A DNA stretch of 64,000 bases from Candidatus Nomurabacteria bacterium RIFCSPLOWO2_01_FULL_41_18 (GTDB taxonomy: Bacteria; Patescibacteriota; Minisyncoccia; Phycocordibacterales; UBA9973). A program made the position numbers and the translations under genes. Shown here one piece after another: positions 9,617 through 18,960 of the stretch; position 1 is the stretch's first letter; each line of letters opens with the position of its first letter. Location: NCBI GenBank assembly GCA_001785865.1, contig MFUZ01000002.1, positions 22,128 through 86,127 on the forward strand. The letters are read 5' to 3'. The notes under the pieces were generated by a model. The model made no database searches. It was not told the origin of the DNA and saw nothing but the letters and a program-made list of their open reading frames with translations.

Positions 9617-10066
9617 ATGGCTAATTATGCAGAAAACAGAAAAGCGAGATTTAATTATGAAATTGTGGAAAAATACGAAACGGGTATTGAGCTCTTGGGC
9701 GTGGAAGTGAAATCTGTGCGAGGAGGGCAAATGTCGCTCGAGGGAGCTTTTGTTATTGTTCGTGGAGGAGAAGTGTATTTAATTAATGCGAATATCCCGC
9801 CTTATCAAGCCAAAAATGCTCCCAAAGATTATGACCCACTTCGCAATAGAAGGCTTTTGTTAACCAAAAAAGAAATCACAGAACTTGCCGGAAATGAGAA
9901 AAACAAGAGTTTGACAATTGTGCCTATTTCAGTGTATAATAAAGGAAGAAAAATAAAAGTAGAAATTGCTTTGGTGAAAGGTAAGAAAAAGTTTGATAAA
10001 CGTAGGGCGCTTGAAAAACGTGAGACAGATCGTAGTATTAGGCGCGAAATGAAAAGAGGAGAATAA
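9617..10066 (+). CDS. smpB: SsrA-binding protein
   Basis: ENRKARFNYEI, ETGIELLGVEVKS, RRLLLTKKEI, GKKKFDKR. Confidence 0.97.
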   Translation: MANYAENRKARFNYEIVEKYETGIELLGVEVKSVRGGQMSLEGAFVIVRGGEVYLINANIPPYQAKNAPKDYDPLRNRRLLLTKKEITELAGNEKNKSLTIVPISVYNKGRKIKVEIALVKGKKKFDKRRALEKRETDRSIRREMKRGE

Positions 10067-10082
10067 CAGATAGAACTTTGAA

Positions 10083-10129
10083 AAACCTCACCTGCCCTAA
10101 AGGGCATCCTCTCCTGGAAGGAGAGGTTT
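10083..10129. repeat. REP-like palindrome, family A
   Basis: AAACCTCACC-TGCCC TAAA GGGCA-TCCTCTCCTGGAAGGAGAGGTTT. Confidence 0.75.
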
Positions 10130-10167
10130 GGTGGATAAAAGAAATATTAATTTCTTTTACAATATTT

Positions 10168-10564
10168 GGGGATGCAAGGCATAGACAGTAGGCCTTTTGT
10201 CATCGATGCATACCGAGAATGGACGTAACCTCGTAAAACTTCGTCCAATAGCTTAATTGCAAAATTAGCTTCCAAAGTGAAAGCAGCAGTCTCTCCATAC
10301 TTCGGTATGAATGACTTTGCTTTCGCTTCAGTTTCCGCTTCGGCGTAACTGATGTCTCTCTTATAGACTTCCGATATATAAGATGAGGCACAATATTATC
10401 GGGATAAGGAAATACCCGTTCGAGTATTTCACTAAAACCTAGAACTCGATTAAAAAATATTTGGCTCGTTTAAGAATTTTTTAATTTAAACAAAAAAGCG
10501 TGCTATGTATGTAGACTTCTTTACAAAAACCTTCTGCACTGGGATTCAATTTCCCACATCTCCA
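10168..10564 (+). ncRNA. ssrA: tmRNA
   Basis: 5' GGGGATG pairs with 3' CATCTCC-A (G3:U70 Ala identity), T-arm GGGATTCAATTTCCC, internal tag ORF 10259-10348, adjacent to smpB. Confidence 0.93.
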
Positions 10565-10626
10565 CTCGACTTATTGTAATTTTTAAACTTGACTTAGAGT
10601 TTTAAGTAGACAATAATTAATACACT

Positions 10627-10935
10627 ATGAGTACAGAACCAGGACCAAATTCAGGGGAAAATATAAACAATCTTTCTCTTGAAGAAATCAAGTTAAGGTT
10701 AGAGGCTTTGAATCAAAAGTTTGATGAGTTGGATGGCCATTCTTTTTCTAGTATCGGAAATCCAGTTGAATTCAAAAAAACACTTGATGGAGTTGTTGTC
10801 AAGAACATTATTTCATCTGGGAGAAATTTTGCCGTTGCTAAAATGAAGGTTGAACGTATGCTAAAAATACTAAATGAAATCTCAGCACTTAAATCAAAAG
10901 AAACACTACTAACTCCTAAAACCCCGAAAGTATAA
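10627..10935 (+). CDS. Hypothetical protein
   Basis: 102-aa ORF filling the ssrA-ftsH gap; no recognised motif. Confidence 0.6.
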   Translation: MSTEPGPNSGENINNLSLEEIKLRLEALNQKFDELDGHSFSSIGNPVEFKKTLDGVVVKNIISSGRNFAVAKMKVERMLKILNEISALKSKETLLTPKTPKV

Positions 10936-10982
10936 AGGTAATTTTATTTGGTTTTTTATATTTTTTGTGCTAATCTATAGCA

Positions 10983-12920
10983 ATGGATTTTAATTTTTTA
11001 AATAAGAAAGACGATCAAGGTGGCGGTAGAAACAAAGGCAGAAAAGTGGGCGGATCCAACTTTAAAGGCAGTATCGCGAGCACCATATTTATCTTCATGC
11101 TGATCACAGCTATCTATTTGGCTGTCTCTCCTGAAGGAAAAGCTGTCCCGGAGATACCGATCTCGGATTTGGCCAAAAGTGTCGCTCTGGGAGAAGTAAA
11201 AAAGATCTTAGTCGAAGGGGAGAAGCTCACGATCACTTATCAAAACGACGAAATAAAAAAATCCAAGAAAGAAGTGGGTTCGGCCCTCTCGCAAACTCTC
11301 TTCAATTACGGGGTGACCAGCGAAGCGCTCGGCAAGGCGGAAATAGAGATCAAGAACGAAAGTGGATTTATGTTTGTGCTTATAAACATTCTTCCGTTCC
11401 TATTGCCGATAGTTTTTATTTTGCTTTTCTTTTGGTATCTATCAAGGCAAGTGAAAGGCGCCGGCATGCAAGCACTTTCTTTTGGTCAGTCCAAAGCACG
11501 TATCACTGACCCAAATGATAAAAATAATAGAGTTACTTTCAAAGATGTGGCCGGATGCAAGGAAGCCAAAGAAGAATTGAAAGAAATTGTGGATTTCTTG
11601 AAAAGCCCGAAAAAGTTTTTAGACATCGGCGCTAGGATCCCGAAAGGAGTGATCTTGACTGGAGCTCCGGGCACAGGCAAGACATTGCTTGCGAGAGCCG
11701 TGGCAGGGGAAGCTGGCGTGCCTTTTTTCCATTTATCTGGAAGTGAATTTGTGGAAATGTTTGTCGGCGTGGGAGCTTCACGAGTGCGAGATCTTTTCAA
11801 AATGGCCAAGAAAGCGGCGCCGGCTATTATCTTCGTGGATGAGATAGATGCGATCGGGCGAACCCGCGGAGGAGGCTTTGGTGGAGGCAACGACGAGCGC
11901 GAGCAGACTTTAAACCAAATATTGGTGGAAATGGACGGCTTTGAACCGAACGACAAAGTGATCGTGATGGCAGCGACAAATAGGCCGGACGTGCTTGATC
12001 CAGCACTCATTCGCCCCGGACGTTTTGATAGAAAAGTATTGCTGGATTTGCCTGACAGGGCTGACCGTGAAGAAATATTGAAAATTCATGCAGTAAAAAA
12101 ACCTCTCGCCGAAGATATTAATTTGAAATTAATTGCTGAACGTACCCCAGGATTTTCTGGTGCTGATTTGTATTCATTGATGAACGAAGGCGCGATACTT
12201 GCGGCACGCGAAAATAGGAAAAAAGTTTTCCAATTTGATTTAATTCGAGCTATTGAAAAAGTAATGCTCGGTCCTGAACGCAAAAGCCATTTGCTTTCTA
12301 AAAAAGAAAAAGAAATTACTGCATATCACGAAGCAGGTCATGCTCTAGTGGCTTCGGTGCTTCCTTATGCCGACCCAGTGCATAAAGTTTCTATTATTGC
12401 GCGTGGAAATGCTGGCGGATATACTTTGAAATTGCCTTTAGAAGAGCGACGTTTGCAATCCAAGAAAGAATTTATAGATGATATCGCTATGTCTCTCGGC
12501 GGATATGTGGCAGAGCAAATGATCTTTGGAGACATTACTACTGGACCGTCTAGTGATTTGCAAATGTCTACAAATTTGGCTCGGGCGATGGTCACACGCT
12601 GGGGTATGTCAGATGTAATTGGACCAATTGCGCTAGTCAGTGGGGGAGGTAGAATGCAATATGGAGAAGCTCCTGAACAAGAATATTCTGAAGCTGTTTC
12701 GACGAAAGTGGATGCTGAAGTTTCCAGAATAATAAGTGATGGATTAAAATCTGCTGAAAAAGTTCTTTCCGAACACAGAAAAGCATTTGATGCTATTGCG
12801 CACAAGCTTATAGAAGTGGAAACTTTAGAACAAGAAGAATATGAGAAGATATTAACTGCGCATGGAATAGTTCTAAAGAAGAAAGAAATTATAGCTCCGA
12901 CTGACGCTCAAGTTGCCTAA
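10983..12920 (+). CDS. ftsH: ATP-dependent zinc metalloprotease FtsH
   Basis: 2 TM segments, [27 protein letters not shown]. Confidence 0.98.
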   Translation: MDFNFLNKKDDQGGGRNKGRKVGGSNFKGSIASTIFIFMLITAIYLAVSPEGKAVPEIPISDLAKSVALGEVKKILVEGEKLTITYQNDEIKKSKKEVGSALSQTLFNYGVTSEALGKAEIEIKNESGFMFVLINILPFLLPIVFILLFFWYLSRQVKGAGMQALSFGQSKARITDPNDKNNRVTFKDVAGCKEAKEELKEIVDFLKSPKKFLDIGARIPKGVILTGAPGTGKTLLARAVAGEAGVPFFHLSGSEFVEMFVGVGASRVRDLFKMAKKAAPAIIFVDEIDAIGRTRGGGFGGGNDEREQTLNQILVEMDGFEPNDKVIVMAATNRPDVLDPALIRPGRFDRKVLLDLPDRADREEILKIHAVKKPLAEDINLKLIAERTPGFSGADLYSLMNEGAILAARENRKKVFQFDLIRAIEKVMLGPERKSHLLSKKEKEITAYHEAGHALVASVLPYADPVHKVSIIARGNAGGYTLKLPLEERRLQSKKEFIDDIAMSLGGYVAEQMIFGDITTGPSSDLQMSTNLARAMVTRWGMSDVIGPIALVSGGGRMQYGEAPEQEYSEAVSTKVDAEVSRIISDGLKSAEKVLSEHRKAFDAIAHKLIEVETLEQEEYEKILTAHGIVLKKKEIIAPTDAQVA

Positions 12921-12927
12921 AAAATAG

Positions 12928-13410
12928 ATGCTGAATAAGTTTTGGAAATGGTACGAGAAAAATTACAGAGTCATTGCGTCTCTCACGGCCCTGCTTTTTC
13001 TCTTGCAGATAGTGCATTTATACTGGCTTTCGACAGACATTGTATTTTTTAAATTATTTAGGCATGCATTTTGGGATCCGGGTAATTTTTGGACTACTGT
13101 CATCGCACTTGTGGATTATACAGAGATACCGGCGATCATAACGAGCTCTATATTATATATTCACCAATATCGCACAAATAAAGAAAACCGCTTCCATAGT
13201 ATATTATTTCTATTGCTGATCAATTCGCAATGGCTTCACTTGTTTTGGATTACGGATGAAGTGGTGGTGGCGCAATTTACTGGCACAGCTCTGGTTGCTA
13301 TACCCATCTGGCTATCCTGGTGTGCTATTGTCATAGACTATCTTGAACTTCCAGTCATTTATGACACGATCAAAAAAGCTTTTTTGTCTTTAAAGAAAAA
13401 GGTAGTCTAA
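12928..13410 (+). CDS. Hypothetical membrane protein with internal repeat
   Basis: Hydrophobic; repeated HLYW..D / HLFW..D and DYTEIP / DYLELP motifs. Confidence 0.7.
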   Translation: MLNKFWKWYEKNYRVIASLTALLFLLQIVHLYWLSTDIVFFKLFRHAFWDPGNFWTTVIALVDYTEIPAIITSSILYIHQYRTNKENRFHSILFLLLINSQWLHLFWITDEVVVAQFTGTALVAIPIWLSWCAIVIDYLELPVIYDTIKKAFLSLKKKVV

Positions 13411-13474
13411 ACGAACTCTAAATTGCGTTTTAGCCTTATTTTGTTATAGTTATTAGGTTTACACATCCGCGTGT

Positions 13475-13512
13475 AGCTCAGTTTCCGCCAGAGGCGGACC
13501 AGCCTTTGGCTG
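13475..13512 (+). repeat. 38-nt direct repeat copy 1 (tRNA D-arm fragment plus double hairpin)
   Basis: AGCTCAGTTTCCGCCAGAGGCGGACCAGCCTTTGGCTG, identical to 13842-13879. Confidence 0.9.
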
Positions 13513-13528
13513 AGGCTAGTCCAAATAA

Positions 13529-13777
13529 ATGTTTAGTATCTACATACTAAAAAGTTTAAAAAAAGGAAAAAGATATATTGGTTATACTGGCAAAACGGCT
13601 GAAAAAAGATTAATTGAACACAATTCCAATTCAAATGTTTTCACAAGACAAAATAAACCTTTTGTGTTAATCTATACCGAAGAATACCAGACCAAAGCTG
13701 AAGCAATCAAGAGAGAAAAATTTTTAAAGTCTGGGCAGGGAAGAAAGTTTTTAGATGGTAAAATATCGGGCGTGTAG
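13529..13777 (+). CDS. Small GIY-YIG nuclease (UPF0213-like)
   Basis: IYILKS..RYIGYT..RLIEHN..AIKREKFLKSGQGR; stop codon lies inside the downstream tRNA. Confidence 0.9.
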   Translation: MFSIYILKSLKKGKRYIGYTGKTAEKRLIEHNSNSNVFTRQNKPFVLIYTEEYQTKAEAIKREKFLKSGQGRKFLDGKISGV

Positions 13778-13840
13778 CTCAGTTGGTAGAGCGCTTAGCT
13801 TATACCTAAGTGGCCCTTGGTTCGAATCCAAGCACGCCCA
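13768..13840 (+). tRNA. tRNA-Ile(UAU)
   Basis: Perfect cloverleaf GGGCGTG/CACGCCC-A, GCTC/GAGC, CTTAG-CTTATAC-CTAAG, CTTGG-TTCGAAT-CCAAG; anticodon TAT. Confidence 0.85.
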
Positions 13841-13841
13841 C

Positions 13842-13931
13842 AGCTCAGTTTCCGCCAGAGGCGGACCAGCCTTTGGCTGGGGTTGAGAGCTTATACCTCT
13901 GGGGTCCTTGGTTTGAATCCAAGAGGACGGA
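13842..13931 (+). pseudogene. Degenerate tRNA(UAU)-like copy with hairpin insert in D-loop (contains repeat copy 2)
   Basis: AGCTCAGTT-[hairpins]-AGAG-CTTATAC-CTCT..CTTGG-TTTGAAT-CCAAG; no contiguous 5' acceptor strand. Confidence 0.6.
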
Positions 13932-13970
13932 CTACGTTGCAGAAAATATCTTTAATGGTATAATTAATTT

Positions 13971-14303
13971 ATGCAAAAAATAATATTCCTTTGCCTTGTC
14001 GTGGCTAAACTTATAAGGGAGCTTATTTATCTATTTATTGGTGTGGCTGTAGTGGTTTTTCTTCAAGGCTTCGGATTTGGCGATGGCATTGACTCGAGTG
14101 GAAAAATATCCTTTATCATTCTGATTGTTGTGTTGATTTTAATATCTTATGCCCTACCTTATCTTCTAAAAAATAAATGGCCAAGCGAGGTTGCTAAAGC
14201 TGAAGCGATTAATGATAAACCACGTAAAGTTTTTACATATTTAGGTGTAGCACTTATAATAATTGCAATTATTGCGTTCTTTATATTTATGCAATCGATA
14301 TAG
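13971..14303 (+). CDS. Hypothetical membrane protein
   Basis: 3 hydrophobic segments; TG-G-TATAAT 6 nt before ATG. Confidence 0.65.
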   Translation: MQKIIFLCLVVAKLIRELIYLFIGVAVVVFLQGFGFGDGIDSSGKISFIILIVVLILISYALPYLLKNKWPSEVAKAEAINDKPRKVFTYLGVALIIIAIIAFFIFMQSI

Positions 14304-14306
14304 TTT

Positions 14307-16457
14307 TTACTCAAAATGAAATTCTCCAGCTTTACTTTTTACTTTAGCTTTCAGCAGGGGATACTTAATTAGTTCAGGATCTTCTTCGATTAGGCGAATG
14401 GCTTCGGTGCGGGCGGCTTCTACCATTTTTATATTTTTAATTGCTTCCATGCCAAGGTCGGTGATGCCCCATTGTTTGGTGCCTCCGAGTTCGCCGGCGC
14501 CACGAAGGGTGAGGTCTAGTTCTGCCAATTCAAAACCATTTTTTGCAGTTTTTAATGCTTTTAGTCTAGCTATTGTTTTTTCACTTTTGGCTTCGGCAAA
14601 GATGTAGCAATATGCTTGATGTGTACTACGAATCACACGTCCGCGGAGCTGGTGCAGTTGTGCCAAACCAAATCTCTCTGCGCCTTCTATGATTATTACA
14701 GTCGCATTTGGGACATTCACCCCGACTTCCACCACAGAAGTAGCGCAAAGTATGTGAATTTTTCCTTCAGTGAATTCTTGCATCACTTCTTCTTTTTTCT
14801 CCTTGCTCATTTTGCTGTGCAGGACTCCAATTTCGTATTCTCGAAATATTTCTTTTTTCAAACGTTTGGCTTCTTCGACTGCAGATTTTACGTTGAGCGC
14901 TAATTCTTTTTCTGGATCAGGTTCAAAAATTCTAGGGCAAATTACATAAAGCTGTCTGCCATTTTTTAATTCTTGTCTTATTTTTTCATAAGTTTCAAGT
15001 CGTTTGTTTGGGGTAATAATTTCTGTAATTATTTGTTTTCTCCCGGCTGGCATTTCATCAAGAAGCGACAAATCCAAGTCCCCATAGATAGTCAGCGCAA
15101 GTGTGCGGGGGATGGGGGTAGCCGTCATTGAGAGTAGGTGAGGAGCAACTCCATCCTTGCGAACAAGTTTTCTTCTCTGCGCTGTGCCAAATCTGTGCTG
15201 TTCATCTATCACCACTAATGCCAAATTTTTAAATTTAACAGTTTTTTGAATCAGGGCATGGGTGCCTATTAGAATTGGAATTTGGCCGTTCGCGACCCAT
15301 TTGAGCAGTTGTGCACGAGAAATTATGGTAGCTTCTTTCGGGTTTATTTTCGATGGGAATTTTTTACAGCCCGAACCTGTGATTAGGCCAATCTGAATTC
15401 CAGTGTGAGTAAAATATTGAATGAAGGAGTAAAAATGCTGATTGGCTAAAATCTCAGTCGGTGCCATATAGGCCGTTTGCAGATTATCCTTTAGTAGGAC
15501 GTACGAAGCTGTGGCAGCCACTGCAGTTTTACCGGAGCCGACATCTCCTTCGAGCAGTCGGGACATTGGGAAATTTTTCGTCATGTCAGCTAGTATTGTT
15601 TCAATCGATTTACTTTGAGAATTTGTTGGTTTAAATGGGAAGCGTTCTAAGAAATCCTGTACGTCTTTCTTTTCTGGTCTAATTTGGAAAGATTTATTTT
15701 TTCTATATTCAAATTTATCGTGTTGGCGTTCCAACTGGATGCAAAAGACCTCTTCAAAGGCGAATCTTTTGCGAGCTGACTCGGCATCATTTTTGTTTTT
15801 TGGTTTATGTATCCAAATCAGGGCCGTTTTTAAAGTTGGCAAGCTATATTTTTTTAAAATATCAGCTGGAATATAATCTTCTAAATTATCCAAACTTTTC
15901 TCTCTCAATATTTTTTCTATAGCGTGATAAAACCATTTGGAAGTGATTCCCCGAGTTTCGGCATAAATGGGGTAAGAGAGACCCTCCCCAAGCCCCTCCC
16001 TTAGCAAGGTGGGGTTTCTAAATAAAGTATCATGCGAATCTATGGGCATGTCCAGCATCTTTTCAAATTCTGGATTGGCTAGATAAATGCCGTTTTTGCC
16101 TTGAGTCACTTTGCCGGTTAATTTTACATTCTCGCCGTCATGAAGCATCTTTGCGAGATACGCCTGATTGAACCAAGTTATTTTTATTTTTCCAGACAAA
16201 TCTTCTATTTGGCCCTCGGCCATGGGAATCTTTGAACGAAAACCTTTTTTAGTTTTCAATTTTGATATTTTTCCATAAACTGTTGCCATATCTCCGGGAA
16301 TTAAATCCACAACTCTTTTTACCTCACTGATATCGCTATAGCGAATAGGGAAGTGAAACAGCAGGTCGGATACTGAAAAAAGCTTGAGTTTATTTAAAGC
16401 TCTTTTTTGGTTTACATCTAGGCGGAATTTTATTTCCAGCTTGTCGTGAAGTTCCAT
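14307..16457 (-). CDS. recG: ATP-dependent DNA helicase RecG
   Basis: RLLEGDVGSGKT, MAPTEILANQH, IDEQHRFG, MTATPIPRTL, AERFGLAQLHQLRGRV. Confidence 0.97.
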   Translation of the reverse strand: MELHDKLEIKFRLDVNQKRALNKLKLFSVSDLLFHFPIRYSDISEVKRVVDLIPGDMATVYGKISKLKTKKGFRSKIPMAEGQIEDLSGKIKITWFNQAYLAKMLHDGENVKLTGKVTQGKNGIYLANPEFEKMLDMPIDSHDTLFRNPTLLREGLGEGLSYPIYAETRGITSKWFYHAIEKILREKSLDNLEDYIPADILKKYSLPTLKTALIWIHKPKNKNDAESARKRFAFEEVFCIQLERQHDKFEYRKNKSFQIRPEKKDVQDFLERFPFKPTNSQSKSIETILADMTKNFPMSRLLEGDVGSGKTAVAATASYVLLKDNLQTAYMAPTEILANQHFYSFIQYFTHTGIQIGLITGSGCKKFPSKINPKEATIISRAQLLKWVANGQIPILIGTHALIQKTVKFKNLALVVIDEQHRFGTAQRRKLVRKDGVAPHLLSMTATPIPRTLALTIYGDLDLSLLDEMPAGRKQIITEIITPNKRLETYEKIRQELKNGRQLYVICPRIFEPDPEKELALNVKSAVEEAKRLKKEIFREYEIGVLHSKMSKEKKEEVMQEFTEGKIHILCATSVVEVGVNVPNATVIIIEGAERFGLAQLHQLRGRVIRSTHQAYCYIFAEAKSEKTIARLKALKTAKNGFELAELDLTLRGAGELGGTKQWGITDLGMEAIKNIKMVEAARTEAIRLIEEDPELIKYPLLKAKVKSKAGEFHFE
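15981..16014. repeat. Family A palindrome inserted in frame in recG (PTLLREGLGEG)
   Basis: ACCCTCCCCAAGCCCCTCCCTTAGCAAGGTGGGG resembles the intergenic copies. Confidence 0.7.
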
Positions 16458-16476
16458 ATCATGTTATGATATACTC

Positions 16477-16728
16477 ATGGATTCGTTTTTACAATCGCAG
16501 ATTTTCTTCTTTATCTCCTCGATCGGCTTTGTCATTCTAGGGATCATGGCGGGTATATTTTTATTTTATCTTATTCGCGCTATGAACACGTTTAATAGAA
16601 TTATGGATAAAATAGAAAAAGATATAGAAAAAATAGGCGATACTACGAAGGAGATGATAGAAGATCTGAAAGGGAGCTTCATTTTCAATTTTCTTTTTAG
16701 AAAGAAGAGACGGACCCGCAAGGAGTAG
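16477..16728 (+). CDS. Small single-TM coiled-coil hypothetical protein
   Basis: N-terminal TM then heptad-like region. Confidence 0.65.
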   Translation: MDSFLQSQIFFFISSIGFVILGIMAGIFLFYLIRAMNTFNRIMDKIEKDIEKIGDTTKEMIEDLKGSFIFNFLFRKKRRTRKE

Positions 16729-16766
16729 ATTTGTAATTAATGTTATCTTTAAACGGCATACTATGT

Positions 16767-17153
16767 ATGAATATGACAAAAAATAAAAAAATATCAAAAG
16801 GTAAGATCGTCGCGCTCGGAGCTGGGGCAGTCGCTCTCGGAGCCGCCGCTTATTATTTTTTAGGGCCCAAAGGCAAAGAGCATCAGCAATCCGCGCAAAA
16901 GTGGGTGGTTGAGGCGAAGAAGAAAATAATAAAAAAAATAGAAAAAGAAAAAATAGTTACGAAAGAGGCATACGAAAAGATCGTTGATAATGTCCTTCAT
17001 TCTTATGAGGTGGCGGGGATTTCGCTCGCGGAAGTCGTCAAATCCGCCAAATCATTGAAAGATGATTGGAAGCATATCGCCAAAGAAACAAAAACCAAAG
17101 CTAAAAATACCGTAAAAAATATTACAACCGAAGTAAAGAAGACGAAGAACTAA
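16767..17153 (+). CDS. Hypothetical protein (YtxH-like membrane anchor, basic helical tail)
   Basis: GAGAVALGAAAYYFLGPKGKE; start codon uncertain. Confidence 0.6.
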   Translation: MNMTKNKKISKGKIVALGAGAVALGAAAYYFLGPKGKEHQQSAQKWVVEAKKKIIKKIEKEKIVTKEAYEKIVDNVLHSYEVAGISLAEVVKSAKSLKDDWKHIAKETKTKAKNTVKNITTEVKKTKN

Positions 17154-17209
17154 CTAGCAAGCGAAGACTTAGCTAAACTCTATAATTTTCTTCGGATTTC
17201 GATTTGTTG

Positions 17210-17298
17210 CGGAGCCGGGCGGATTCGAACCGCCGAGGGGTTTTGAAGCCCCTGCCTCTTTAGCAAAGAGGTACGTTAGACCACTCTGACACGGCTCC
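17210..17298 (-). tRNA. tRNA-Ser(GCU)
   Basis: Reverse strand GGAGCCG/CGGCTCC-G, CCTCT-TTGCTAA-AGAGG, long variable arm, GGTTCGAATCC. Confidence 0.95.
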
Positions 17299-17299
17299 G

Positions 17300-17329
17300 T
17301 ACGTAATTAAATACGTATTTAATTACGTA
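17300..17329. repeat. Perfect 30-bp AT-rich palindrome between divergent tRNA-Ser genes
   Basis: TACGTAATTAAATACGTATTTAATTACGTA. Confidence 0.85.
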
Positions 17330-17390
17330 ATTACTTTAGCATATATATGCCATTTTTCCATTTTTTCTGTTATACTCCCTCTGTAATTTT

Positions 17391-17477
17391 GGATGAGTGA
17401 CCGAGTGGCTTAAGGTAGCGGTTTACTAAACCGCCGTCCCCTTAAAAGGACCGTGAGTTCGAATCTCACCTCATCCG
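17391..17477 (+). tRNA. tRNA-Ser(ACU), atypical A34 anticodon
   Basis: GGATGAG/CTCATCC-G, GCGGT-TTACTAA-ACCGC, long variable arm GTCC/GGAC, GTGAG-TTCGAAT-CTCAC. Confidence 0.85.
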
Positions 17478-17712
17478 CTTCAAAAATATATCTCATATAT
17501 GGATTACCATATAACAACAGCACTTGAACATTAAACAAATAAATTTGCTTATGCTCCTCACTTGTTGTTATAATGTATTTAGTCGATTATTATTAAATTT
17601 TTAATCGAATTAAGTTTATGATCAAAGGAGAACACTAGAAGCAATTGGGAATGGTTGGTTTAATTTACTTATTTAAAAGAGGCGGCTTGTTTGCTGTCTC
17701 TTTTGTGTTATT

Positions 17713-18936
17713 ATGCAAAAAATGAAAGAACCGCACCCAAAACAAAGTTCCTGCTCGTATTGTGGGGATGCTCCTATCAACCACACCTTTTCTTTTTTCG
17801 AGAGCATATTTTCAATCACTCTCGACAACCAGGCGAAGAGATTCATAAAATATGTTCCCGCGGCAATCAAACATTTTGCCGATTCAGTCCCGGAATTTTT
17901 ATTCCGATCTCTGGTATTTTTTAAACTTGCGAAATTTTCAGACGGTATGGAAAAAGCCAACACATTTCGCTCCAAGATCATCTGGGAAGAAGCGAAGAGG
18001 AGGAGAATCAAAATGGAGCAAGTGATACTTTGGGGCAGACCTCTCGATCATTACCGCGCGATCCTGCCGATCGGTGGCAGACCCAAAAATTTTTATTTTG
18101 AAAGCATCCCTATTCCGCCGGAATTTTCAGAAATGAGCGACAATTGGGACGATAAAGCCACGTTGAAGGATGAATTTCAAAAATACGGGATTCCTGTTCC
18201 GGGCTATTGTGAGCTCTCTCCTTTTTCACTTCTGCGCTTTAATGATGCGGGTAAGATCGAAGATATATTTTCCAAACTGCAAAAACCCCTAATCGTCAAA
18301 CCGCGCGTGGGTTCCCACGGCCGTCATACTGTTACCAACATAAGCACCCTCCCGCAATTGAGAGAAGGCATTAATACTGGGAGACAAATATGCTCTTATC
18401 TCGTAATTGAGGAACACCTAGTAGGCAGTGTCTGCCGGGCGACTTTAGTCGGCGGAAGGCTTGCCGGATTCTACACGGGGTACGCCCCTACTTTGATCGG
18501 GGACGGCAAAAAAACAATCCGGGAGCTCATAAAAGAAAAAGATAAGGAACGTCCGAGCCGGGTCGAGCCCATTCGCATTTCGAAAGAATTACATGATCAC
18601 ATTTTTCGGTCCAGTTTTGTGATGGATGACATATTGCCCGCCCAAGCATCGTTGACGCTCACTCACAGGAACGGCAGACTCTTCGGCGGCAGGACAGAGG
18701 AGATGATTGACAGCCTCCATCCTAGCTTTGTTCCCATCTTGGAGAAAGCGGCAAAAGTTACTGGCTTACCGGTGGTAGGTTTTGATTGCATCATACCGAA
18801 TCCGAAATCCGATCAAGCCTCGCAGAAATGGGGGATCATCGAGTGCAATTCGCTTCCGTTCATTGATTTGCATTACTACGCTCTCGAAGGAAAGCCCCGG
18901 AACATAGCGGGCATGATCTGGGATTTGTGGAACTAG
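17713..18936 (+). CDS. ATP-grasp protein (cyanophycin synthetase/GshAB-like ATP-grasp domain) with N-terminal CxxC
   Basis: DDKATLK..GIPVP, PLIVKPRVGSHGR, IEEHLVG, IGDGKKTIRELI, GFD, IIECNSLP. Confidence 0.75.
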   Translation: MQKMKEPHPKQSSCSYCGDAPINHTFSFFESIFSITLDNQAKRFIKYVPAAIKHFADSVPEFLFRSLVFFKLAKFSDGMEKANTFRSKIIWEEAKRRRIKMEQVILWGRPLDHYRAILPIGGRPKNFYFESIPIPPEFSEMSDNWDDKATLKDEFQKYGIPVPGYCELSPFSLLRFNDAGKIEDIFSKLQKPLIVKPRVGSHGRHTVTNISTLPQLREGINTGRQICSYLVIEEHLVGSVCRATLVGGRLAGFYTGYAPTLIGDGKKTIRELIKEKDKERPSRVEPIRISKELHDHIFRSSFVMDDILPAQASLTLTHRNGRLFGGRTEEMIDSLHPSFVPILEKAAKVTGLPVVGFDCIIPNPKSDQASQKWGIIECNSLPFIDLHYYALEGKPRNIAGMIWDLWN

Positions 18937-18960
18937 AAAAATTTATGCTAACTGGTTTTT

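Noticed and set aside
10200-10391. Minus-strand 63-aa ORF
   Set aside because: Lies antisense within tmRNA.
17713-18936. Cyanophycin synthetase CphA
   Set aside because: 407 aa with only the ATP-grasp region; no Mur-ligase domain.
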